Source: Geosiphon pyriformis uo1 (lineage: Eukaryota; Fungi; Glomeromycota). Taken from it: a DNA stretch of 64,000 bases. Under the pieces are notes generated by a model. That model did not search any database. It was not told where the DNA came from and saw only the letters and a list, made by a program, of their open reading frames with translations. The position numbers and the translations under genes were made by a program. Shown one piece after another: positions 26,100 through 40,398 of the stretch. Positions within the stretch are counted from its first letter, which is position 1. Each line of letters starts with the position of its first letter. The stretch spans positions 62,001-126,000 of the forward strand of contig JAAOMT010000193.1 in the NCBI GenBank assembly GCA_016748015.1, written 5' to 3'.

Positions 26100-29000
26100 A
26101 TGTTTTATAATAAGTGTAAATTATGTACTTTTTGTATATAATCAGTCATTTATTGATTTTATTATTGATTTTTTTTCAAGATTTATTTTATTATAAAATA
26201 ACTAATTTTTATTTATTTAATAAATACAGCTTAATTATTACTTACATAATATAATTACATAGAAATTTAAAATAAGTATAACTTATTTTTTTTATACATA
26301 ATTAGTTACTTAAACCAATTAAAACAAGTTTATATTATTAAAAATATAATTATAATAATTTTTTTCAAATATAAATTAAAAACATTATGTTTAAAAAAAA
26401 CAATACTAACTATAACATTAGTTTTTTTTTTGTTAAAAATATTAAAATATTCTTTAATTTTACATTAAACAATTTTTAATTTTTTTGATAATATTAACAA
26501 TATGTTATTATTTAATCTAAAAATAATTATAAAAGTTTAATAAAAACAATACTAATTTCAAAAAGCACATATTTAAAACCATTTGGCTATTAAATTTTAT
26601 TTCAACTATACAAAAAAAAATACACTCTAAAATTAGCATAATAGTTTGTAACTCAGCTATTGTAAAAGAAATCAGATTTAATAATTTGATATTTATACTT
26701 AAATTTAGATATTTAAAGAATATTATAGTATTAGTCTTTATATTAAAAATATTTAAATTATTTAAAAATCTATTAATATAAACAAAAAAGCAAATTGTAT
26801 TAATACTAATCAACTAATTACAAATTAAATTAAACTTACATAAATTTAATATATTCAAAAACAAAATATTAATAACCAAAAAAAAAACAATATAATAAAA
26901 GACAAAGATTTTCAAAAATTTAATAACAAAAATAAACCAATTAAAAACTAAATCTTAAAAATCCAGTCTTTTTTAATATTTAAAAGTTTTTTAGTTAAAA
27001 ATATTATCTTTTTAATATATAATTGTTTAACAAAAGCAATACTAAACTGTTTAAAAAAACAAAACATTTTAAAAAATACTGAGTTATCTAAAATTATTAA
27101 TATAAAAGTTTTATTCAAAAATCCAAAAGCCAAAAACAAAATATTTACTAAAAATAAATTATAACCAAAAAAATTTTTAACTACACCAGCCAAAAAGTTG
27201 TTTGCTAAATTAACTTTAAAATAAATTAAAAAGCACAAAAAATAGAAAAAAAATTAACTCAAGATTTGTAAGTTATTAGATTTATAATTAAACAGTCTTT
27301 CTAAAATGTCATTAGTATTAATATAGCTTAATACAAAAGCCAATTTGCATTAAGTCTATATTTTTTTGAAAGATTTTAAGTTATATAAAAAAAATAATAA
27401 ATTGTATTACTTGAAAAATCTAAAAACAGATCAAATTTTAATTTTAAATTCTTATAAATCAAAACGTTTTACTTATTATATATATTGTTACCAGTAAAAT
27501 TTTAGCTATTAATTAGCATGAAATTACTTTTATAATTCCTATTATTAATTAGCATATATTATTATCATTTCGATTATTACTTATTATTTAATCAAATTAT
27601 CAAATATCATTATTCAATCAATAATTCAATTTGTATCATAAAAATTAAGATGATCAAATTACACAATACTTTGAACTATTTAACATAATTAAAATTCGCC
27701 GAAATTAATGAAAATTGGCTAAAATAATCAATAGTTCAGTAAAATAACTTGTAGTTTGCCAAAATATATCTTTAGTTCACCAAAATTGTAGCAAAGAGAA
27801 AAGTGCAAGTTCAAAGACTAGTACTACAACAAGTTATATAAAAGAAAAACTTCTCTCTTCAAGAAAATGTATTTTCTTATAGTATCTTATCATAGTACTT
27901 TACTTTAGATATTTTAATTTGAACAAATCACTTTTTACATATCTCAAATAAAAATTGAAATATTCAAAAAAAAAACCTTTGATTATTATACTTGAAATTC
28001 CCTCAACACAATTAACATTTTGAAATTAATTAGCTACCAATTTCAGTAATCTGTTAGTGATTTCAAACCTGAATAAAAAACATTTCCCTTGTTAAAATTC
28101 TATTTCTTTTACAGTTCTTTTATTTTCTTTTACTTTTTTTTATTATAATCATTAGGGTAGTCTACAGGTAAGATTCCTGTAGAAAAATTGATTTTCACAG
28201 CAAAGTAACTGCACATTTTTTAATGAGCTTCCAGATGAGCAATTTTTAAGAAAGAGTTGACATTTACTACAATATAACTATACAAAACAACTAATACAGA
28301 ATTGGCCATTTTACTTATAAGCCCAGCAGTTCAAATTATAAGAGATAATTTGAAAATAAATTCGGTTATTGGAGATTCAACTGCTTCCAGAAAACATGAA
28401 ATTAGCAACAGACAAACATTAACAACATTTAAGAAAAGAGACCAAAAATTTTTGATAACAATATTAATAGAAATAAAATTAAACTAAGTTCTATAATTAA
28501 TAATAAGATATAATATTGCCAAAACCAAATACAAAAACTGCTTATTAAAAATGGTTTTCTTTAAGATTTTATTTGCAAAAAATTTAACATTCAAATAAGT
28601 TTTTAACAAGTTAGATTTTAATAAACTTTTAATTAACAAAAAAATATTCAAATATTTATAGAACTTTTTTTTTTAACAATTAAAATAAGCAAACTGTTAA
28701 TCATTAAAAAAAACCATAATCTTATAATTAATAAAAATAATTATTGATTTAAAAAAACTTACTAGTAATATCTAATATATATTAAGTTATAGCTTAATTA
28801 TTATTTATCTAAATAGTATTGTTAATAAATACACTAGTTGCAAAAAAAGATATTATGTCAGTTTGGCTTTCAATTTATTTTGTCTTAATTATAAAGCTTA
28901 ATTAATTTTATATTTATACACATATTTCTGTTTTTTAATTTTATAAAATAAAAAATTACAAATAATGTGCCAAAAAAAAGAGAATATTTTATCTTAATTC

Positions 29001-31300
29001 AATTTATCATGTACATAATAACTGTCTATTAGGTCAAAATTTGTTATAATCTAATTATTGTAAATACTACTAAAAAATTTAACAAACTTATTATACATTT
29101 TAATTCAAACCAAGCTATTTCTTAAATGCTTTTAATTTATTAAATTATATGCTTTATGTATATTTTAAAAAACTAACCAAAGCTTTTAGTTTTGTTTAAA
29201 AGCATTTTTTATTACTAAACTAATTACAAATATTAAAAACTACATTGTTATATCTTTTAATATTAAAAAATTGTTCTTATAAAAACATTAAATCTATTAC
29301 AAACAAAAAAGATTCTGTTAAATAAAATTTAAAAAAAAAATTTTCAAGCAGTTTTTATTAGAACAATAAATTTAATGTTTATTAAAACTTTATTCTAATT
29401 ATATGACTTAAAAATTATTAATATATATGTCTTTTTTCAAAACCAAAAAGCTAATTCATATATTAAATCAATATTTAAAAAATTTAGTAATATGCTTAAA
29501 ACTAAAATATTATATGTTTTTAAAGTTCATTTAAATACCAAATAGTTTAAAAGTTTTTTATTAGACAATAATACATATTATTTTATTAAAACCAATTACA
29601 TTTATAATTTTATAAAAAGTATTATTAGTTATATAAACTAAAAACAAATATTGTTGAAACCACTTTTTAAAAACAGTTTTTAATATTTTTTGCTTTTTTG
29701 TTTATTTTTTTATAATTAAATCTATTTTAAACTTGATTTTATTATATTTTAATACCAATTTACTATTATCTATCAAATAATTTAAACTATCTTATAAAAA
29801 GAGCATTTTAAAATGTTTTTAATAATGTAATCTTTATTAACTTTAAAATTTTTTATTTTTTTACTAATTGTAAAATTAGTTTTCATAATTTTAACTTATT
29901 AAAATCCAGTAAGCTTAAGTATATAATACACTTTTTAAACTTTGACTAATTTAAATTTAATATTATTAAGATTAATACTTAATACCAAAAGATTCTAAAC
30001 ATGAAAAGTACATATCTTATTAAGTAACAATTAGCAATTTAGTAAAATCTTAAACTTATAACTAAAATTTAAGCATAAAGTCTAAATAATCTTAGAAATC
30101 AAAATCTCTAATTTGTAAAAATATAATAAAGCTTTGGTAAAAATATCTTCAAAATCTTTGTTTTAAGATTTGGAAAAAATCTTATTAGTCAAAAAACACA
30201 CAATTTTTTAAATAATATTTTACATAGAATTTATATTAGAAAATTTTTTAAGTTAACAAAATTTTTATTAAATACAATAATATTAGTTAATATAACTTCC
30301 TTAAAACATAATTATTTAATCATATTAGCTTTTTTAAAATTGTATTTTCACTGGTTTTTGTTAACTTGTTTGTAAAAAATACATAAATACATGTTTAAAA
30401 AGCTATTTAAATCAACAAAAACACAAACAAAATAATAATTGGTATTAAAAAATTCATTTATATTTGAAATTTTTTAATTTGTTATTATATTATTAAGATT
30501 TAGTAAAACAAAAATATAATTAATTGTCTTAAACACTTTTAAAAAATTTTTAAGTAGAAGTTTTAGCAAATAAACTTCCAATTAGAGAATTAATCAAATC
30601 TAAATCTAAATACTTCTTAAAATTAATACTATATTTGATACTATTTTTATTAAAATTATTTTCCAAAATAACAAAAATATTTTTATTAAATGCTCTAATT
30701 ATAAAAAAATTAATAACAAAAGCTTAATTCAAATGCTTTTTCAAAAACGTACTTATATATAAACTCAACACAAAAACCAATTTTTTATTTTTAAACAACA
30801 AATAAATTAACAGAAATCTGTTAAGAATCTTAATTATATTTAATACACAATTATTATAATACTTGTATCTAAAAATTTTAGTTTTAAATCAAAAGTAAAT
30901 ATTAATAATTCAAAATTTAATATTAAAGCAAAGCTTGGTTTTTGTAATAATTAAAATATTATTTTTAAGTTTTTTATACTATTTAATAATGTTTTTTTTT
31001 TTGGCAAAAATGTTTATATCCTTAATATTACATGTAATAATTTTTCAAATAAGCTTTATTATTAAAAATAAATAAAACAAATATATCTTAAACAAAAATA
31101 AAGTCTTTAAATCTTGTTATCAAATTTATAACAGATACAAAAAAACTATTTAATTAAATTTTTAAATTGTTAATGCTTAAAAATTATAAAAAACTAAAGA
31201 TATTGCAATTTTATTATTAGTAAACATATTTAAACTTTTTATTATTATTATATTATTTATTAAATTTTATAATAGAAAAAATTATTAATAATTAACATTT
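26100..31300 (-). mobile_element. Highly degenerate LINE remnant with RNase H, interrupted by a solo LTR
   Basis: ORF 26517-26813 contains TIAELQTIMLILECI, matching MAKLQAVALVLKYV in the better-preserved LINE at 43585/53470. Boundaries are approximate. Confidence 0.55.
27486..28460 (+). mobile_element. Solo LTR (~975 bp)
   Basis: TGTTA...TAACA termini, a possible 4-bp TSD (ATAT), and homology to 3379-4290. Confidence 0.75.
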
Positions 31301-33429
31301 AGGACTAAATTAAAAAATTACTAGTACAGTCAAATCTGAAATAATTTATATTTTTAATAGATATAAATTACTATAAGTTATTATAAATTATGANNNNNNN
31401 NNNNNNNNNNNNNTTTATTAAAACTTTATTCTAATTATATGACTTAAAAATTATTAATATATATGTCTTTTTTCAAAACCAAAAAGCTAATTCATATATT
31501 AAATCAATATTTAAAAAATTTAGTAATATGCTTAAAACTAAAATATTATATGTTTTTAAAGTTCATTTAAATACCAAATAGTTTAAAAGTTTTTTATTAG
31601 ACAATAATACATATTATTTTATTAAAACCAATTACATTTATAATTTTATAAAAAGTATTATTAGTTATATAAACTAAAAACAAATATTGTTGAAACCACT
31701 TTTTAAAAACAGTTTTTAATATTTTTTGCTTTTTTGTTTATTTTTTTATAATTAAATCTATTTTAAACTTGATTTTATTATATTTTAATACCAATTTACT
31801 ATTATCTATCAAATAATTTAAACTATCTTATAAAAAGAGCATTTTAAAATGTTTTTAATAATGTAATCTTTATTAACTTTAAAATTTTTTATTTTTTTAC
31901 TAATTGTAAAATTAGTTTTCATAATTTTAACTTATTAAAATCCAGTAAGCTTAAGTATATAATACACTTTTTAAACTTTGACTAATTTAAATTTAATATT
32001 ATTAAGATTAATACTTAATACCAAAAGATTCTAAACATGAAAAGTACATATCTTATTAAGTAACAATTAGCAATTTAGTAAAATCTTAAACTTATAACTA
32101 AAATTTAAGCATAAAGTCTAAATAATCTTAGAAATCAAAATCTCTAATTTGTAAAAATATAATAAAGCTTTGGTAAAAATATCTTCAAAATCTTTGTTTT
32201 AAGATTTGGAAAAAATCTTATTAGTCAAAAAACACACAATTTTTTAAATAATATTTTACATAGAATTTATATTAGAAAATTTTTTAAGTTAACAAAATTT
32301 TTATTAAATACAATAATATTAGTTAATATAACTTCCTTAAAACATAATTATTTAATCATATTAGCTTTTTTAAAATTGTATTTTCACTGGTTTTTGTTAA
32401 CTTGTTTGTAAAAAATACATAAATACATGTTTAAAAAGCTATTTAAATCAACAAAAACACAAACAAAATAATAATTGGTATTAAAAAATTCATTTATATT
32501 TGAAATTTTTTAATTTGTTATTATATTATTAAGATTTAGTAAAACAAAAATATAATTAATTGTCTTAAACACTTTTAAAAAATTTTTAAGTAGAAGTTTT
32601 AGCAAATAAACTTCCAATTAGAGAATTAATCAAATCTAAATCTAAATACTTCTTAAAATTAATACTATATTTGATACTATTTTTATTAAAATTATTTTCC
32701 AAAATAACAAAAATATTTTTATTAAATGCTCTAATTATAAAAAAATTAATAACAAAAGCTTAATTCAAATGCTTTTTCAAAAACGTACTTATATATAAAC
32801 TCAACACAAAAACCAATTTTTTATTTTTAAACAACAAATAAATTAACAGAAATCTGTTAAGAATCTTAATTATATTTAATACACAATTATTATAATACTT
32901 GTATCTAAAAATTTTAGTTTTAAATCAAAAGTAAATATTAATAATTCAAAATTTAATATTAAAGCAAAGCTTGGTTTTTGTAATAATTAAAATATTATTT
33001 TTAAGTTTTTTATACTATTTAATAATGTTTTTTTTTTTGGCAAAAATGTTTATATCCTTAATATTACATGTAATAATTTTTCAAATAAGCTTTATTATTA
33101 AAAATAAATAAAACAAATATATCTTAAACAAAAATAAAGTCTTTAAATCTTGTTATCAAATTTATAACAGATACAAAAAAACTATTTAATTAAATTTTTA
33201 AATTGTTAATGCTTAAAAATTATAAAAAACTAAAGATATTGCAATTTTATTATTAGTAAACATATTTAAACTTTTTATTATTATTATATTATTTATTAAA
33301 TTTTATAATAGAAAAAATTATTAATAATTAACATTTAGGACTAAATTAAAAAATTACTAGTACAGTCAAATCTGAAATAATTTATATTTTTAATAGATAT
33401 AAATTACTATAAGTTATTATAAATTATGA
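29378..33429. repeat. Apparently exact 2016-bp duplication (29378-31393 = 31414-33429) around a 20-N gap; probable assembly artefact
   Basis: I saw no differences between the copies although the region is otherwise heavily mutated. The junction is a gap. Confidence 0.85.
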
Positions 33430-35220
33430 GTTTTTTCAAGTTTAAGTATATATAATATATATATAATAAAAATATATATAATATTATTAAAAAATAAATT
33501 TATTTGCATATTTTTGTAAAAAATTTTAATTATCTTATACAATATTAAAAAAACCTGTAAAAATTATTTGTTTTTGTTTATCTTGTATTTTTTTATAAAG
33601 TATATATTTAATATAAGTAAATTTACTAATTGTATTATAAAATTTCTTGCTATTTTCAAGCTTTATAAACTATTTAAAATTGTAATAGTAGTTAATATAT
33701 TTTTAATATTTATTACTTTTTGTATTTCTTGTTTTTTATTAAAGTTATTATGCTTTGTTTTATGATTTATTATAATATAATTTACAATTTTATCATTACC
33801 CAAATATTTCAAAATAATTTTATTATTTTTTCAGATAAATTTACCAATTTTTTAATTAATAAATATGTATAATTTGGCTGTATATAATTAAATTTTTTGT
33901 AGTAATCTTTAATTTTTTTAATATTTTTTAATTATGATTAGCTATTATTTCCAAGTTTGTAGTTTTATTCTAAAAGTTGTTATTTGTATTGATTAGAAAA
34001 ATGCCAATTTTGTGTTAGCAATAAGCAATTATTTTATTTAAAACATTTTTTTATGTCCTATAAATTAGATATATTGCTTAAAGTTAGTTAATTACATAAA
34101 TATTATTAGCACTATTATCAAAAAAATTCAATATATGGCAAAGAAAATAGTGACAATAATATGCCTTAAAACAATAAATAATTTCAGTATTTATAGACTA
34201 AATATGTGCTGTTAAGTTAGATACAAACTATTCTACATAAATATTTGTAATAAATCTTATATTATAATTGTAACTAGCAAAATTGTTTACTAATAACAAT
34301 ATGTTTTGTTTTTTTTTATGTAGCTGATAGTTTTAATTAACAAGCCACTATTGAAAAATATTATCATTTATTCAAGCATGAGTGTTTAAATAATATTAAA
34401 AACCAAGTTGCTTTTTTGTTTTTTTTTGGAAACAGTATAAACATTTAGCATAATCAATAATAAGTAGTATCAAACACTCAATTTTATTAGTATTGATTAT
34501 AAAAACAAGTATTAGTTGTACTTTTAATTGTTTAATATCATAATATAGTATTATAACAAAATCTTAATTTAGTAATATAACATAAAATAATGGAATTTCA
34601 TTCATGTTGAAAATATTGTATAATCTTTAATTAACAAGAAGTGTTATTATATATACTTACTTATTTTCAATATGCTCAATATTAGCTAATAATATATTAT
34701 TATAAAAGCAAAATAAATGTAATCTAATATGGTTTTTAAGATTTTTAAGCCAACCATTGAATAGTTTTTGGCACTTATTTTTTGGAATATCTAATTAATT
34801 ATAAAATTTTATGTTAACAATTCGAATTACATCTTTGGTAAATGTAATATTACATAATTCTGTTTCTTAAACAAAAATAACAAGTGCTTTATTAAAGTTA
34901 AAATTACATATTATGCATATATATTTACTAATCAAGAAATACATTATATTTGCTTATGCATAAAAATTTGGTTTATTTTTAATCTAAGCTAAAATTAAAG
35001 ACTATTTTATGTATAAAAAACTATTTTTCTTAAAGTGCTTTGCAGTTTTTAATTGGTTTTTATCATTTGTATAATACTAATTAAGCACTATAAACTTATT
35101 ATAAAATGTAGTATTCTTATAACTTTATAAAATACAAGCTAAAAAAATAGCATGCTTTTTGCTATTAGACATAATAAAATTAAAAGACAAAAGAAAAATA
35201 CAATTAAAATAAGACTAATC

Positions 35221-35765
35221 CAAAAATCTAACTTGATTATTTACATAATTAATAATAATTTAAAACTTAAAACAATTTAAAACTTTGATTTAATTATTTA
35301 CATAATTGATAATAATTTAAAACTTGAAACAATTTAAAACTCTGACTTGATTACTTATATAATTAATAATAATTTAAAACTTAGGGCAATTTAAAATTCT
35401 AACTTAATTACTCATAAGATTAATAAAAATTTAAACTTGGAACAATTTAAAACTCTAACTTAATTATTTATATAATTAATAATAATTTAGAACTTAGAAC
35501 AATTTAAAATTTTAACTTGATTACTTACAAAATTAGTAATAATTTAAAATTTGAAACAATTCAAAACTTTGATTTGATTACTTATATAATTAATAATAAT
35601 TTAAAACTTAAGACAATTTGAAACTATAATTTAATTATTCACAAGATTAGTAATAATTTAAAACTTGAGACAATTTAAAATTTTAACTTGATTATTTATA
35701 TAATTGATAATAATTTAGAATTTAGAACAATTTAAAACTTTGACTTAATTACTTATGTAATTAAT
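35221..35765. repeat. 56-bp AT-rich minisatellite, ~9-10 degenerate copies
   Basis: Recurring AAAACTYTGACTTGATTACTTATATAATTAATAATAATTTAAAACTTRRRACAATTT; the variants are mostly transitions. Confidence 0.88.
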
Positions 35766-38700
35766 GATTATTTTGTTGAATAAATAATATTATATTATCA
35801 TATAGTATTTTTAGTCATAGAAATATTGGTTTGCTTTACTGTAATTTTACCAAAATAAGCAGAATTTAAACTAAATTAATACTTGAAGTAATCTATACTA
35901 ACAGTAAAAATTTATAGATTATTAAGTATCACAAAAATAGATTATAAACATAAAAATTAATTAATTATTAAATTAATAGATTCAAAATATTATAACTTAT
36001 TACAGATTATAGATTATCTAAGTATAAATTATTTCAAATTTGATTGTATATTGTGTTTTTTTTTGGTTTAAATAAAAATAAATATATAATATAACTTTAA
36101 TTTATTTAAATAACTGGTTATATATAGTAAAAACATAAATTATATTTGGTTTAAAATACATAATTATTATATTGTATTAAATAACAATTAGTTTTAATTA
36201 TTAATTTAATAAATAAATAAAAAATATTATAAAAAACTAAAAAAATAATAATTTTAACATAAAATATTAAACCAATAAAATAATTTACTTAAATTATAAA
36301 TATAACAAAAAAACTTTAATAAATCAAAAAAAATAGTTTTATAATAAAAATTAAGTAATTTAAATTTTAATACATAAAATAATATTAATATTTAGAAGTT
36401 TTTTACCAAATACAATTCTTTTTTAAAATAATAATCTTAATAATAATATATTATTACTTGATAAAAATTAATAAAAATCAAAAATAATAATATTATAATA
36501 TATTAACTAATCATTAAATAATAATATAAATAATACAGATAAACAAATAAAATTAGAAAACATAACATATATATAATAGTATATAAAACATACACAAATA
36601 CATTTAATTTAAATTAATTATAAACAAATAAGCCAAAAAATACTCACAGTTAAACAAAAGATCTAATAATTTAGTAATTATTTACTAATTAATTAGAATA
36701 GATACAATTATATATAATTTGAAATATATATATATAATAACTTTTTAATTAGAAAAAAACTTAATAGAGAGAAAATAATAAAGAACAAAAAAAAGTTTAT
36801 TAGACAAAATAAACCAAAAAAAGATAGAAAAATTGGATTATAATTTTAAAAAAAACTAAAAAGTATGCTCTTTAAGCTTTGTATTATAATATTTACTAAT
36901 ATTAAAATCAGTAAAATTGGAGATTTTCCTTTTTATAATTCGATTTTTTATTAACAACCAAAAAAATTATTACTTTTTTTTCTATTATCATCTTTCTATT
37001 AATGAAAACAATAGTAAAAACATTTGATATATTAATAAAACACAAATAAAATCCAAGCTTAACAAGATTAAAAACACATTAAAAGAATATTAATTACATA
37101 AAATTATCTAGAAACTATTTATAATAATAGCTTGGCCAAAATTAACAATTGACTTAAAAATCTAAAACAAGCTTTTTATATCTTAGAAAAATAATCTCTA
37201 ATTAAGATTTTTTACAAATACTAATTTTGTTGAATTCTATTTTTTATTTTTAATTTTCTTTAAATTTATAAGAAATAGAATACCACTTTATTACAATTAA
37301 AAAAGTACAGACATTTGGTATTAGTATAAGATAAAAAAAGTATCTTCATAAAAATATTAAAAAAAAACACAATTAAAAATATAGAGATACAACAAAAATT
37401 TTTTTTGGAGAATTAGCATAACAATATCTATTAACAGTAATTTTAATAGAAATATTATATTATATATTAAATCTAATAACAAAGACATTTATCTAAGAAA
37501 ATTATTTAATATCTGTTAGAAAATTAAGAAAAACTTATTAAGCTAATTTTCAGATTTTTAAATAAAAATAATAATAGTAATCTATTAAATAAAAAATATA
37601 AATTAAAATCAACATTAATTAAGACTAATATACTTATCTTTATATTAAAATTAAATAATTTCTTATATTATTATTTAATCTAAAAAGCTGTAAAAATTAA
37701 TTATAATATGATTACTAAAAAGAAATAACTTATAACAATATAAAAAACATTTAAAAATTAAAATAACAATAATATATTATATTAGTAATTAGATTTAAAA
37801 AATTAAAAATAAAAGTTTTTATTTTTAAATAATTTTTAATTAAAAAAAGTTTTAATATTGTTTTTTATTAAAATTAACGAGTAAAAAAACAGTTTTAAAA
37901 GTTTTATAAATTTAAAACAAATAATAATATATTATTACAAATTAACAAACTTTAATTTAAGATTAGTAAGTTTATTAAAAACTTTTAACAAAATACTTAA
38001 AAACATTATAATAATAAAAACAAAATTAATTTAAAAATTATTACAGATATAATATTAAAAATAATAAAAATGCAAAAATTAACAAATTTATATTTAATAA
38101 TAATATTTTAAAAAAACTTTACAATATAAATTTTATACAAAAAAGTTAATATTGTTTTAAATAATAAATTTTAAATTAATAAAATTATACAAAAACTAAA
38201 ATACAATTTTTATATAAATTATTTTGATTTTTATAATAATATTAAATACCAAAATAAAAATTATTTATTTAAAAACTTTTAATAATTAATAATTTTTTTA
38301 AAAAACAAAAAATATATTTTATTAGTTTAATTTTTGTAATTAAATGATATAATAATATAATAAAAAAACAAAATTTAAAAATAATTTGTTTTGTTTTAAT
38401 ATCAATAATAATTAATTTATTAAATTAAATAATATAAATAAATATTAATTAAAGGTAAAATTTAAAAAATTATATTAATAATATTATTATTTAAGATAAA
38501 AAAAATTAAGTATATAATTAATATAATATTATTAGATTAATAACAATATTAATAATAAAAAAAAACCAATATTTTATTTTTTATAAACTTTAAATTAAAA
38601 AAAGTGTTTTAAAAAACAATCTTTTCAAAATTAAAAAAATTGGTTAAAAAAATATTTTTTTGCTGTTTTGATTTTTTTTGTTATTTAAATAATAGTAAAA

Positions 38701-39722
38701 AACAAAATTTACTATTAATTTATAATTAAAAGCTTTAAAAATTTTTAACAATATTATTATTATTATTAAAATTGTTTTTAATATGCTGTTTTAAAAAACT
38801 TCAATAAAAAAATTTTATTTAAAGCCAAATATATTGTTAAAATACTTAAAATTTATATATTTATGTAAAAACTTACTATTAATATTAAATATTTAAATAA
38901 AATTAATCAAAATTTATAAACAATTAAAATTTCTTAATTTAAAATTTTTTTTAGTAAATATATAAAAATATTGTTTTTATATTTATTATTATTATTATTA
39001 TTTAATAAATTATTTAATAAATTATTTAAAACAAACATTTATTTTTATAATAAAAAACAACTCATATTTATTTATTATAAAAGACAATTAATTAACAAAA
39101 AATTATATATAATTAAAAAAATTAAATTTTATTAACTAAATAAATTTCAAACAAATAATTTTTATTTACAAAATACAATAAATTTGTTTATTTATATTCA
39201 TAGATTTAAAAAAATCTTTGATCTCGTACAATTATATGAACTTTAATAACCAAAATATTCATACAAATTTAAACCAAAAAATAAAACTCCACTCGTAAAA
39301 TTAATAAAAACTTTGTTAAAATACACTTATCCCAATTCAATCCGCTCATGGACATTATCATGACTCATCATAATCGATATTTTCTGTTCCTAAACTCTGA
39401 AGCCTTGAACATCTATCAATCATGTTCTCCGGATCCGGATAAAAGAAAATTATGTGGAGCTTCGAATTTCCAATACATCAGCATCAAAGTACTATTAAGG
39501 TACTTGCATTATTTATGAACGTTTTTTAGTTTGCCTTCACCTTTCATACTTTTATATGGCTTTCAACTATTCGTCAACTTAATTCAACTCATTTTCAGTT
39601 TATTCCGCTCTTCACTCAATTAACAAAAGCCAGAGTTTCGATTTCTTATTAACAAATCATTGCTTCATCTTTACTCAAAAATTTGGCACCTTCATTTAAT
39701 CTTTTGCGAAGTGTGAACTAGA

Positions 39723-40398
39723 ATGGGTCTCACTTACCGCACCTACTTGGACGGGAGCCGTGTTTTTGGTTGTAACAAATGCCGCACCCACTTATCAACA
39801 ACTGAGAACATTATATCCAAGGTTATTTTTATTAGTTTCTTTGAGTAAGAGTCCAAGTCGACCTTTCGAAATCTTAATCAACTCCATTGCCATTGTAAAT
39901 ATCATATCCCGATTTCGACAGGCTTTCCAAGGTCAGCACGGGCGTGCTTACCTCTTTGACAACGTGTAAGTTGAACTTTTGGTTTGAAGTTGTAAATAAC
40001 ATTTTTGGCCTCCCTTTCCACCATCTTTCGAGGTACAATAAGTTTTCGATCAAAACTACTCCCATTATGCTACGTTTCCAATCAATTCTACAGTGTAAAT
40101 ATTGAAGAAGGTCCGTCTGAGGATCGACATATGACAACAGGGCTTCACACTGTCAAAGATATTTACTGCTCTCGTTGCAGAGCTGTTTTAGGCTGGAAAT
40201 ATGTAGGGCAGTTTTTTGTCTATTTATCTGATACGGTTGCAATTGCCCACTAACTACATGAATTAATTTACTCTTCGATGGAATTCCTGATCGTGTCTGA
40301 ATGAATCTTTTGAGTAGGAAAAAGCATATGAACAAACTCAACGCTATAAGGAGGGAAAATATATTCTGGAGAAGCAGCTTCTCTGTGATGTCAATTGA
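39723..40398 (+). CDS. MOH1: Yippee-family zinc-binding protein (Moh1/YPEL), 4 exons
   Basis: Spliced: [33 protein letters not shown]|[15 protein letters not shown]|[36 protein letters not shown]|[26 protein letters not shown]. Confidence 0.93.

Noticed and set aside
29378-33429. Recent 2-kb tandem duplication
   Set aside because: Identical copies flanking a 20-N gap indicate an unmerged contig overlap.
33430-39100. Specific transposon family calls (possible SWIM/MULE and other remnants)
   Set aside because: Too degenerate to translate reliably; treated only as decayed repeat DNA.
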